Shown here piece after piece: positions 18,916-27,302 of a stretch of 64,000 nt of DNA (position 1 is the first letter of the stretch; each line of letters begins with the position of its first letter). The DNA comes from Planctomycetota bacterium (GTDB taxonomy: Bacteria > Planctomycetota > UBA1135 > UBA2386). The notes beneath the pieces were generated by a model, which saw only the letters and a list, made by a program, of their open reading frames with translations, was not told where the DNA came from and did no database searches. Location of the stretch: assembly GCA_021776805.1 (NCBI GenBank), contig JAJFFD010000210.1:6908-70907 (forward strand), given 5' to 3'. A program made the position numbers and the translations under genes.

Positions 18916-20780
18916 AGTCCCTGTCCCTTGAAGAACGCCTGATTCGCTTCCTCGAACGCGAAGAAGAGGATGAGCGGAAGAGTTCCCGAGACCTGCGCGC
19001 CTTGGCCATTGAAGAGCGTGTGCTAGAAGGGGAGTGTATTCGTGATGCGATTCTGCGTGAGCAGCAAGGTGATCGCTTCACCTTCAGCCTGGAAGAAAAC
19101 CTCAGCAAGTTTAGGAACGGCGACCCATTGACAGTGGGTGATGGCTTGGATTTTCAGGAGGCTTGCCCGCTGGTCTATGGGGACTATGACTCGATCGAGA
19201 GGAAGCTGATTCTGCGGCGAGACCCCTTCCAGCGTGGAGCCACACCGAGACTCGTGCCGGGTGTTAGTTACTGCATCGATCGGCGCCACTTGGGTATCCG
19301 CGGGCGCTTGCGTGATGTAGTTCGAGCTGCCTTCGAAGATGAGCTCCTCGCCTCGGTCCTGATGGGGGAGCACAAGCCCGAGCGCGACGAGGAGCGTCTC
19401 TTGCGCGCGCAAGAAGCTTTGAGCAAACGTGGTCTCAACGAGACTCAGTTCCTTGCGGGCACGAATGCCATTGCCAGCGATAGCTTGTCCTTGATCCAGG
19501 GGCCTCCGGGCACCGGCAAGACTCGACTCCTCGCTGAGATCATGCGAGTGCTCTGTGCATCGGGATGCAAGATCGCTCTCAGCGCCTTCACGCATCGTGC
19601 GGTTGACAATGCTCTCATGGCTCTCGCGCGGATCGCTCCGGAAATTCCCTTGGTGAAGTTAGGTCGGCCCGGACCTGGGACCCAAGCTCTCACGCGTGCA
19701 GGGATTCGCTTCGAAGATCCGCGACGGGGCCGGATGCCCCAGGAAGGCGCGGTAGTCGCCGGGACTTGCTTCGCTCTCGCCAAGTTGCCCGCTAGAGAAC
19801 GCTTTCATTTCACCGTCTTTGACGAAGCCGGTCAGCTGCCGATTCCGCACGCCTTGGCGGGGATGTTGCTCGCGCGTCGCTGGATCTTCTTTGGTGATCA
19901 TCGTCAGCTCCCGCCGGTGATCACGGCTGAGCATGTCGATCGGGAAGTCCAGCAGTCCATCTTTGAGCGGCTACACGGGTTTTATGGCGGCGACATGCTC
20001 GATGAGACCTACCGCATGAACGATGCGCTTTGCGCGGTCGTGAGCGATCTCTTCTATGGCGGCGGCCTCAAGTCAGCGCCTTCGTCGGCAGCACGTCGCC
20101 TGAGTTTCACTGCCGGTGGCAAGCTCGACGCTGTCCTGGATCCAGAGCACTCCGTGGTCTTCGCCAGGGTCGATCATCTGCAACCGGGGCAGAGGTCCAC
20201 GGAAGAAGCTAGATTGGTGGCGGACCTAGTGGCGGACTTGATCGAACATCATGGACTCGAGCCTGAGTCCCTTGGGGTGATCGCCCCCTTTCGGGCTCAG
20301 GTTCGCTTGCTGCGGGCAAGTTGCCAGCGGCGCGGGGTGAGGGATCTGGACAAGATCACCATCGACACCGTCGAACGCATTCAGGGGCAGGAGAGAGAGG
20401 TGATCATTCTCTCGCTTGCGGTGGGAGATCCAGACACTCTCAATGCGCGTGCGGCCTTCTTCTTCTCCAAGAACCGTCTCAACGTCGCGTTGTCCAGAGC
20501 GCGGAGCAAAGCCATTCTCGTCGCTTCCTCCGCTGCCTTCCGCGCGCTGCCACAAGACCCTGACAGCCTTCGGGCGGTCGCGGTTTTTCGTCGACTGGCT
20601 ACAGAGCTGCATCAGGTCGATCTCAGCTCACTCTATTGCAGCAGTTCTGACAGCAAGCCTGCGAAGGAACGGAAATCAAAAGCCGATCGCAGCCAGGGCA
20701 AGGTAGCCAGCAAAAAGCAAGAGGCCGAGAGCCAGGCCAAGCAGGAAGGTACGCAGGAAATGGGCGAAGCCGCCATGTAG
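18912..20780 (+). CDS. Superfamily 1B (Upf1/Dna2-like, AAA_11/AAA_12) DNA helicase
   Basis: 622 aa. The TTG start overlaps the nuclease stop (TTGA). Helicase motifs seen are GPPGTGKT, VFDEAGQ, GDHRQLPPV, ETYRMN, TIDTVERIQGQEREVIILS and NVALSRAR. The tail is Lys/Glu-rich. Confidence 0.85.
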   Translation: MKSLSLEERLIRFLEREEEDERKSSRDLRALAIEERVLEGECIRDAILREQQGDRFTFSLEENLSKFRNGDPLTVGDGLDFQEACPLVYGDYDSIERKLILRRDPFQRGATPRLVPGVSYCIDRRHLGIRGRLRDVVRAAFEDELLASVLMGEHKPERDEERLLRAQEALSKRGLNETQFLAGTNAIASDSLSLIQGPPGTGKTRLLAEIMRVLCASGCKIALSAFTHRAVDNALMALARIAPEIPLVKLGRPGPGTQALTRAGIRFEDPRRGRMPQEGAVVAGTCFALAKLPARERFHFTVFDEAGQLPIPHALAGMLLARRWIFFGDHRQLPPVITAEHVDREVQQSIFERLHGFYGGDMLDETYRMNDALCAVVSDLFYGGGLKSAPSSAARRLSFTAGGKLDAVLDPEHSVVFARVDHLQPGQRSTEEARLVADLVADLIEHHGLEPESLGVIAPFRAQVRLLRASCQRRGVRDLDKITIDTVERIQGQEREVIILSLAVGDPDTLNARAAFFFSKNRLNVALSRARSKAILVASSAAFRALPQDPDSLRAVAVFRRLATELHQVDLSSLYCSSSDSKPAKERKSKADRSQGKVASKKQEAESQAKQEGTQEMGEAAM

Positions 20781-20821
20781 GCTCTTGCTCCTCTCTGCTT
20801 CGTTCTCGATTGGCTTGCGAG

Positions 20822-22858
20822 TCACTGGAGCCCTTCGACGAGAGAGAGATAGTCTTCTTCGCTGAGCACCTGCAAGCCGAGCTTCTTGGCCTTCTCGAGT
20901 TTCGATCCGGCCTTGCTGCCGGCGACCACGTCCGTCACCTTCTTGGTGATGGAGTTGGAGGTCTTGGCACCCATGCCTTCGACCAGGATCTTTGCCTCGT
21001 CTCGGGACATGCTGTTCATGCCGCCGGTAAAGCAAAAGATGCGCCCGCTGAGTGGTCCGGATGTGCTGCTCTTGCCGGCAGTCTTGACGCGCATACCCGC
21101 GGCGTGGATCTTTTCGAGAAAGCGCTCAGTCTGCTTCCTGTCAAAGAAACTACGGATCGACTTGGCAACTTCCTCGCCAATTCCCTCGACCTCGATGAGT
21201 TGCTCTGAGCTGGCTTCACGAATCGCTGCGAGAGATCCCAGAGTCTCTGCCAGATCCTTGGCGGTCTGTTCGCCGACGTGTCGAATGCCGAGCCCGTATA
21301 GGAAGCGAGGCAGCTCCGGCTGTTTGGCTTTCTCGAGTTCCTTGACCAGATTGTCGAAGGAGCGCTCTGCCCAGCGATCGAGGGCGAGAATCTCATCTCG
21401 CCTTTGGTCGAGGGTGAAGACATCTTCCAAGCTCTTGATCAGACCTGCATCCATGAGCTGATCGACGTACTTCGGCCCCAGACGAATGATTTCCAGGGCG
21501 CGGCGCGAAGCAATATGCACAACATGCCCCTTCAACTGGTCCGGGCACTCCAGATTGACGCAGTAGAGGAAGGCACCTTCCTTTTCGAGTTCGCCGTCAC
21601 AACTGGGACAGGAGTCCGGGGGGTCAGTTGGCTGGGACTGCTTGCTTCGCTTGTTCAGGTCGACGGCGATGACAGCAGGGATCACGTCTCCCGCACGCTC
21701 GATCTCGACCTGGTCTCCGGCGCGGACGTCGCGCTCCTTGAGTAAATCCCAATTGTGCAAGGTAGCCCGGCGGACGGTGACTCCCGCCAGTTCGACAGCC
21801 TCGAGGTTTGCGACCGGCGTAATCGTGCCTGTGCGGCCCACCTGGGCGACGATCGAATCCACACGCGTTGTTGCTCGCTGCGGCGCGAACTTGTGGGCGA
21901 GGATCCAGCGTGGGTTGCGGGCAGTGCGACCCAGGCGTCGCTGTAGTTCGAAGTCGTTGAGCTTGGCGACGATGCCGTCCATGTCGTAGTCGATCTCTGC
22001 CCGCCGGGCTTCGAGTTCGTCGTGGAAGGCGATGACCTCCTCCAGGCTATTGACCACTGCAAACTGAGAGGAGACCTTGAATCCGAAGCCTTGAATGCGC
22101 TTCCGCAGCTCCTCGTGCGTTGCCGCCTGCAGCCCTTCGCTCTGCCCAATACCCCAGAAGATGAACTCGAGCCCTCGCTTGGCGACAATCCTCGGGTCGA
22201 GCAGCTTCAAAGAGCCTGCAACCGTGTTGCGTGGATTGCGGAATTGAGTTTCGCCCCTGGTCTCCGACTCGGTCTGCAGTCTTGCGAAGGCCTTACGACT
22301 GAGCATGACCTCGCCGCGAACCTCGATGATCTTCGGTGGCTGATCAGTCTCGCTGCTGCGGTGTAGGTGAAGAGGTAGGTTGCGGATCGTCTTCAAGCTC
22401 TGAGTGATGTCCTCCCCTTGGGCGCCATCGCCTCGCGAGAGCCCGCGAACCAGGATCCCATCTTCATAGAGCAGATTTGCGCTGACGCCGTCGAACTTCG
22501 GTTCGAGAGCCCAGCCAAGATCAATGCTGGATTCTCCCTCTTCTTCGAGCATGCGACCTGCCCTCTGCCCGAATTCTCGCACCTCATCGTCACTGGTAAG
22601 GGACTCGATTGAAAGCATTGGGAGCAGATGCGCAGCCTTCTTGAAGTTGCTTCCCTTGGGCAGGGGTGCGCCAACTCGCTGTGTCGGCGAGTCCTCACGC
22701 AACAAGTCCGGATTGGCGGCCTCGAGTTCCTGGAGTTCGCGAAAGAGCCGGTCGTACTCCTCGTCACTGATTTCAGGTCGACCCTCGTTGTAGTACAGAT
22801 GCGAGGCCTGCTCGAGCTTTGCGCGCAGTTTCTCGGCCTCTTTGCTCGCCTTTGACAC
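20822..22858 (-). CDS. ligA: NAD-dependent DNA ligase LigA
   Basis: 678 aa with full LigA architecture. The adenylation region contains the EPKFDG (KxDG) motif. It also has an OB fold, a Zn finger (CPSCDGELEKEGAFLYCVNLECP), HhH repeats and a C-terminal BRCT (GRIFCFTGGMNSMSRDEA). Confidence 0.97.
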   Translation of the reverse strand: MSKASKEAEKLRAKLEQASHLYYNEGRPEISDEEYDRLFRELQELEAANPDLLREDSPTQRVGAPLPKGSNFKKAAHLLPMLSIESLTSDDEVREFGQRAGRMLEEEGESSIDLGWALEPKFDGVSANLLYEDGILVRGLSRGDGAQGEDITQSLKTIRNLPLHLHRSSETDQPPKIIEVRGEVMLSRKAFARLQTESETRGETQFRNPRNTVAGSLKLLDPRIVAKRGLEFIFWGIGQSEGLQAATHEELRKRIQGFGFKVSSQFAVVNSLEEVIAFHDELEARRAEIDYDMDGIVAKLNDFELQRRLGRTARNPRWILAHKFAPQRATTRVDSIVAQVGRTGTITPVANLEAVELAGVTVRRATLHNWDLLKERDVRAGDQVEIERAGDVIPAVIAVDLNKRSKQSQPTDPPDSCPSCDGELEKEGAFLYCVNLECPDQLKGHVVHIASRRALEIIRLGPKYVDQLMDAGLIKSLEDVFTLDQRRDEILALDRWAERSFDNLVKELEKAKQPELPRFLYGLGIRHVGEQTAKDLAETLGSLAAIREASSEQLIEVEGIGEEVAKSIRSFFDRKQTERFLEKIHAAGMRVKTAGKSSTSGPLSGRIFCFTGGMNSMSRDEAKILVEGMGAKTSNSITKKVTDVVAGSKAGSKLEKAKKLGLQVLSEEDYLSLVEGLQ

Positions 22859-22939
22859 CTGTTCTATGACCTTCGCTCAGCCCTTGTCTTGGGATACTGC
22901 GCCGAGAACGTATGCCCGGACATGGAGCGTGGGCAAGGC

Positions 22940-23443
22940 TCAAAACGGAAGCTCGTCCTCCGGATCCGCTGGAAGAGCATCAGTACGGGCCTCGGTCGCC
23001 GTGTCCGCCTCAGCTGAGCCGCTATCCAGGTGCTGCTCATCTTCCCGGTCCTCCACGGCGCGGTAGCCGCGATAGGGGACTTCGTTGCGGCGCACGATTT
23101 GTCCGCTGTCCGGTTGCTCGAACTCGGAGGGTCGAACCTCCACGAAGGCGCGGCGGCCCTTGATGTCCTCCGGCTTGAGGCTGACTCTGCCCTTGGTGGG
23201 GATCCCCAGGGCCTCGAGGACAAGGCGGACTCGGACTTGCCCCCGAGTCGAGAAAATGAGGCTATCCCAGGCTGCCTGCCGACCGCAGAATTCGCCCTCA
23301 GCGACAACCAGCCGAAGTCCCCAGCGCTCATCGCCGTTCTTGGTGGTACTCTCGCGAACCTCAGCGATTTCGCAGAGATAGGTACCAGCCGGGACAGTGA
23401 CATAATCGGAGATCTTTTCTATTGCGTCGAAATCGAGATCCAC
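22940..23443 (-). CDS. Small SSB-like protein (DUF669/gp2.5-like N-terminal region, acidic tail ending DELPF)
   Basis: 167 aa, directly upstream of ligA on the same strand with an 81-nt gap. The N-terminus VPAGTYLCEIAEVRESTTKNGDERWGLRLVV resembles the DUF669 pattern. The C-terminal 45 aa are strongly acidic and terminate in EDELPF, similar to the SSB tip DDDIPF. Confidence 0.5.
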   Translation of the reverse strand: MDLDFDAIEKISDYVTVPAGTYLCEIAEVRESTTKNGDERWGLRLVVAEGEFCGRQAAWDSLIFSTRGQVRVRLVLEALGIPTKGRVSLKPEDIKGRRAFVEVRPSEFEQPDSGQIVRRNEVPYRGYRAVEDREDEQHLDSGSAEADTATEARTDALPADPEDELPF

Positions 23444-23484
23444 AGTTCATCCCTCCTATTGAGTGGTGTTGAATCTGTGAGCCG

Positions 23485-24378
23485 ATGGCCGCGATGGTGA
23501 CGATGGAACTGCGAGAAACTCCGTCCATTGCGCTCGACAGGGACCGTTTCATGGCCCTTGCCGCGAGCCACTACGAAAACTTTCCTGTCGGCTCGGTTCT
23601 CGTGCCCAGGAAGCTACGTCGACATGTGCACAGGCTCTATGCCTTCGCACGAACCGCGGACGACATAGCGGACGAGGAACAGGACCCGGTCCTGCTTGCA
23701 GCCTACCGCCAGAGCTTTCTCGAGCATGTGCAGGGTGAGGTAGCGGAGCCGATCCCCCTATTCATTGATCTTGCGGCCACCATCCACGAATTGCATCTGC
23801 CCTTGCCGCTGTTCACGGCCCTTCTCGATGCTTTTGCCCAGGACCTCGAGAAAGGCCGTTACTGTGAGTCGGAGCTCTTTGCTTACTGCCGTCGCTCGGC
23901 GGACCCGGTAGGGCGTCTCGTCTTGCGGATCTTTGACCGGCCTGGAGAAGACCTCGCGCAGCTCTCGGATCAAATTTGCACGGCGCTGCAATTGGTCAAT
24001 CACTTGCAGGACATGGCTTCGGATTATCGGGACAGGAATCGGATCTACTTCCCGCAAGAGGATCTCGAGAGATTCGCCGTGTCCGAGAAGGACCTGGAAG
24101 CTGGTTCAGCCTCGCCAGAGCTCCGGCGCCTGGTTCTGCATTGGTCGAGTCGTTGCACGGAGATGCTGGTTGCCGGCTGGCCGCTTACCAACACGGTGCC
24201 GGGCAGGTTGAGCATGGAGCTGCGCGCGGTGATTCGTGCTGCGGCCGCAGTCCTGGCGGGCATCAGAGCCGTCGATGGGGATGTGCTGGCAAATCGGGTG
24301 CGCCTGGGAAAGTGGCAGAAGTTCTCCATACTTCTGTCGGCCATGATGACTCGTCGGATGCCGGAGTCTCTGTCTTGA
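23485..24378 (+). CDS. hpnC: Hydroxysqualene synthase HpnC (squalene/phytoene synthase family)
   Basis: 297 aa. It carries HYENFPVGSVLVPRKLRRHVHRLYAFARTADDIADE (Asp-rich motif 1) and a second motif, QLVNHLQDMASD. It is the first gene of an hpnC-D-E triad. The start could be one of several nearby Met codons. Confidence 0.85.
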   Translation: MAAMVTMELRETPSIALDRDRFMALAASHYENFPVGSVLVPRKLRRHVHRLYAFARTADDIADEEQDPVLLAAYRQSFLEHVQGEVAEPIPLFIDLAATIHELHLPLPLFTALLDAFAQDLEKGRYCESELFAYCRRSADPVGRLVLRIFDRPGEDLAQLSDQICTALQLVNHLQDMASDYRDRNRIYFPQEDLERFAVSEKDLEAGSASPELRRLVLHWSSRCTEMLVAGWPLTNTVPGRLSMELRAVIRAAAAVLAGIRAVDGDVLANRVRLGKWQKFSILLSAMMTRRMPESLS

Positions 24379-25247
24379 TCGCCGAGGAGAGCAGCCTGGA
24401 GTCACCGGCGGAGGTGACGCGCTCCTCGGGTTCGAGCTTTCTCGTTTCCTTTGCTTTCCTCAGCAAGGAGCGGCGGGCTGGTATCTCGGCAATTTACGCC
24501 TTCTGCCGCGCCGTCGATGATGCGGTCGACGAAGCCGAGAATCACGCTGCAGCTGTGCGGAGACTGGCCTTTTGGCGTGCCGAGCTCGACAAGGTGAATC
24601 GGCGTGAGGCCGGATCTCCGATTGGGCGAGCGCTGCAGGAGACCATCGAACGCTTCGGTGTTTCTCCGGCGCATCTGGAGACAATCCTGGCGGGAATTGG
24701 CTCCGATTTGGATGAGAGGACCTTTGCGAACTGCGAAGCCTTGGAGGAATACTGCTTCAAGGTGGCCTCCGCCGTCGGGCTGGCTTGCTTGCCAGTCTTC
24801 GGCGTCTCAGGCCCTGCTGCAGAGCGTTATGCCGACCGCCTGGGCCTGGCCCTGCAGCTCACCAACATCCTCCGTGATGTGCGATCCGATGCCCTGGAGG
24901 GACGCGTCTATCTGCCGCAGGACCGATTGCGCTCGGCCTATGTGGAGACAGCCTGGCTGAAGGGCGAAGGTCCAGAACAGGTCTATCGTGTGGATGGCCC
25001 GGTCCACCAGCTTTTCCAGGGCATGGTAGCGATCGCTCGGCAGCGCTTTGCAGAAGCCAGCGCCGCCCTCTCCGATGACATTCGCCGAGCCCTTCTGCCC
25101 GCGGAGATCATGGCCTCGGTCTATGCCGAGCTACTGCAAATGATCGAGGGGGAAGGCTGGCAATTGAACCGTCAACAGCGACTTCGGGTCAGCAAGCCGC
25201 GGCGCGTCCTGCTTGCCCTCCGCACCTGGTGGCGAGGGCATAGGTGA
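24375..25247 (+). CDS. hpnD: Presqualene diphosphate synthase HpnD
   Basis: Motifs seen are SSFLVSFAFLSKERRAGISAIYAFCRAVDDAVDE and LQLTNILRDVRSDALEGRVYLP. I place the start at TTG 24375, overlapping the hpnC stop (TTGA). The longer ORF from 23976 would lie inside hpnC. Confidence 0.85.
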   Translation: MIAEESSLESPAEVTRSSGSSFLVSFAFLSKERRAGISAIYAFCRAVDDAVDEAENHAAAVRRLAFWRAELDKVNRREAGSPIGRALQETIERFGVSPAHLETILAGIGSDLDERTFANCEALEEYCFKVASAVGLACLPVFGVSGPAAERYADRLGLALQLTNILRDVRSDALEGRVYLPQDRLRSAYVETAWLKGEGPEQVYRVDGPVHQLFQGMVAIARQRFAEASAALSDDIRRALLPAEIMASVYAELLQMIEGEGWQLNRQQRLRVSKPRRVLLALRTWWRGHR

Positions 25248-26539
25248 AACGAGCCCTCGTTCTGGGTGGCGGTGTGGCAGGAATCGCCGCTGCCTTCGGT
25301 CTTCGCGATCGAGGTTATGCGGTCCGGCTTCTCGAGGCGCATTCCTGGTTGGGCGGACGAGCCTTCTCTCCACCGGCCAAGGGCGATGGAGCCCGGCCGG
25401 ACAACGGGCCACACGTCATGCTCGGTTGCTACGAGCACATGCGTGCCCTCCTCAGGCGACTCGGCACCGAGGCTGAGTTCGGAGCGGGCGAAGGCCTCTG
25501 TCTCGAGTACCAGAGCGTCGGCGGGCCGAGGCTTCGGCTGGAGTTGGCCGCGATGAGTCCAAACCTGGCTCTGCCCCTGGCGCTGCTGAAGTTTCCGGCC
25601 TTCAGTCTCTGGGAGAAGCTCAAGATCTGTCTCGGCCTGCCGGCAACCTACCTGGCCGGAAAGAACCGTAGCTTGGAAAGATGGCTGCAGCGATACCGCC
25701 AGGGGACGCAGATTCGAGCATATCTCTGGGATCCCCTCTGCCGGGCGATCATGAATGCGGAGGCATCGCAGGTGGACGCCGGGGTCTTCTTCAAGACCTT
25801 GCGCCGCGCCTTTGGGGGCTCGGCTGCAGACGCGGCGATTTGGCTGCCTCGTAAGCCGTGGTCCGAACTCATCGGTGAACCGGCCTTCGATGTCTTGTCG
25901 GCGGCCGGGGTCGAGGTGAGTCTCGGCCGTCGCGTCGCCGCTCTGCAGTTCGAGGATGGGCAGCTCTCGGGGATCGATCTGGCGGGAGGCGATTCTCTTC
26001 GGCTGGAATCAGGTGAGATCGTGTTTTCGGCACTTCCCTGGCATGTCTTGGCTCGCCTGATACCTGGCGGCCTGCCTGCAGCTGCAATCGCGAGTTCTGC
26101 GATTCTCTCCGTCTACTGCCAAACGGCAGAGAGGCAGGGCATACCCGCGTCTCCTTTGCTGGTGCTGGTCGACGGAGAGCCCTTCCACTTCTTCTGCCGT
26201 CGTGTCGCTGCGCCGCTGGGTGAGTTTGCCCTGCTAGCAGCTGGCGCCGAGTCCCTGCGTGGCAAGTCTGTGGATGCGATCTGTGCGATTGCTCGAGACC
26301 AGTTGCAGAGGTACTTCCCTGATCTCCCTGCAGACGCGGATATCAAGATGCAGGTGCTGCGTGAAGATCGGGCGACAATGATCGTCGCTCCCGGTGATGA
26401 ACGGCACCGACCGCCGCCGGGTCTCCTCGAGGGATTCACAAACTTCTATCTGTGCGGAGATTGGACAGCCACCGGTCTGCCTTCGACCCTCGAGTCTGCC
26501 GCCGAATCGGCGACTAGAGCGATCGCAGATCTGAGGTAA
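25244..26539 (+). CDS. hpnE: Hydroxysqualene dehydroxylase HpnE (FAD-dependent amine-oxidase fold)
   Basis: 431 aa. The GTG start overlaps the hpnD stop (GTGA). It has an N-terminal dinucleotide-binding motif [37 protein letters not shown] and a C-terminal LCGDWT motif. Confidence 0.85.
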   Translation: MKRALVLGGGVAGIAAAFGLRDRGYAVRLLEAHSWLGGRAFSPPAKGDGARPDNGPHVMLGCYEHMRALLRRLGTEAEFGAGEGLCLEYQSVGGPRLRLELAAMSPNLALPLALLKFPAFSLWEKLKICLGLPATYLAGKNRSLERWLQRYRQGTQIRAYLWDPLCRAIMNAEASQVDAGVFFKTLRRAFGGSAADAAIWLPRKPWSELIGEPAFDVLSAAGVEVSLGRRVAALQFEDGQLSGIDLAGGDSLRLESGEIVFSALPWHVLARLIPGGLPAAAIASSAILSVYCQTAERQGIPASPLLVLVDGEPFHFFCRRVAAPLGEFALLAAGAESLRGKSVDAICAIARDQLQRYFPDLPADADIKMQVLREDRATMIVAPGDERHRPPPGLLEGFTNFYLCGDWTATGLPSTLESAAESATRAIADLR

Positions 26540-26621
26540 GTACTTGGCTGGTCGGCGGGGATGGGCTACTAAGGCTCCCCCGAAATTACACCTGCATCGC
26601 AGCAAAATAGGAGATTTACAA

Positions 26622-27221
26622 ATGGCAGTTCTCGTTGGTAAGGAAGCCCCGGATTTCAAGGCGCAGGCAGTCATGCCTGATGGGAGTTTCAAGGAGCTCA
26701 GCTTGTCCGACTATCGCGGCAAGAACGTGATCCTCTTCTTCTATCCCCTGGACTTCACCTTTGTTTGCCCTTCCGAGATCATCGCCTTCCACAATCATCT
26801 CGGTGATTTCAAGGAGAAGAATGCGGAAGTGATCGGGGTGTCAGTCGACTCGCACTTCAGCCACCATGCCTGGCGCGAAACCGCAATCGACAATGGCGGC
26901 ATCGGCAAGATCGATTACCCGCTGGTCGCGGATCTGACCAAGAGTATCGCCCAGGACTATGACGTTCTCACTAGTGACGGTGCTGTTGCTTATCGCGGCA
27001 CTTTTCTGATCGACCAGAAAGGTGTGGTCCGGCATCAGGTAGTCAACGACTTGCCGCTCGGCCGCAACATCCACGAAGCCCTGCGCATGATCGATGCCCT
27101 GGCTTTCCACGAAGAGAATGGCGAGGTTTGCCCGGCGAACTGGAATCGTGGCAAGGCCGGCATGAAGCCGAGCGCCGCAGGCGTAGCCAGCTACCTGGCA
27201 GAGAACGCCAAGGACCTTTAG
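26622..27221 (+). CDS. Typical 2-Cys peroxiredoxin (AhpC/Prx1 family)
   Basis: 199 aa from ATG 26622, preceded by AGGAG. The peroxidatic Cys is in [14 protein letters not shown] and the resolving Cys in GEVCPANW. Confidence 0.95.
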   Translation: MAVLVGKEAPDFKAQAVMPDGSFKELSLSDYRGKNVILFFYPLDFTFVCPSEIIAFHNHLGDFKEKNAEVIGVSVDSHFSHHAWRETAIDNGGIGKIDYPLVADLTKSIAQDYDVLTSDGAVAYRGTFLIDQKGVVRHQVVNDLPLGRNIHEALRMIDALAFHEENGEVCPANWNRGKAGMKPSAAGVASYLAENAKDL

Positions 27222-27302
27222 TTCAGGCCGACTCTCGACTGCTCCTGGTCTCAAGTGCAGGCTTCCGAGGCCCCGATAACAAGGGGAGCAAAGGAGGCAG
27301 GC

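Noticed and set aside
17551-23443. Interpretation of the nuclease-helicase pair and SSB-like gene as a prophage remnant or defence island
   Set aside because: There is no integrase, transposase, tRNA attachment site, direct repeats or other phage or defence genes nearby. The neighbours are housekeeping genes (ligA, hpn genes, a molybdoenzyme). A defence role for the nuclease-helicase pair remains possible but is not supported by context.
23976-24374. Long 5' extensions of several tracked ORFs, for example hpnD from 23976. Others are 17491, 26544, 27255, 30150, 39353, 45741, 48114, 50629, 59665, and the minus-strand extensions to 32027, 37276, 50269, 58319 and 63876.
   Set aside because: The extensions lie inside the preceding gene or in low-complexity sequence. 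Conserved family N-termini, RBS-like purine tracts or stop/start overlaps point to the downstream starts that I used.
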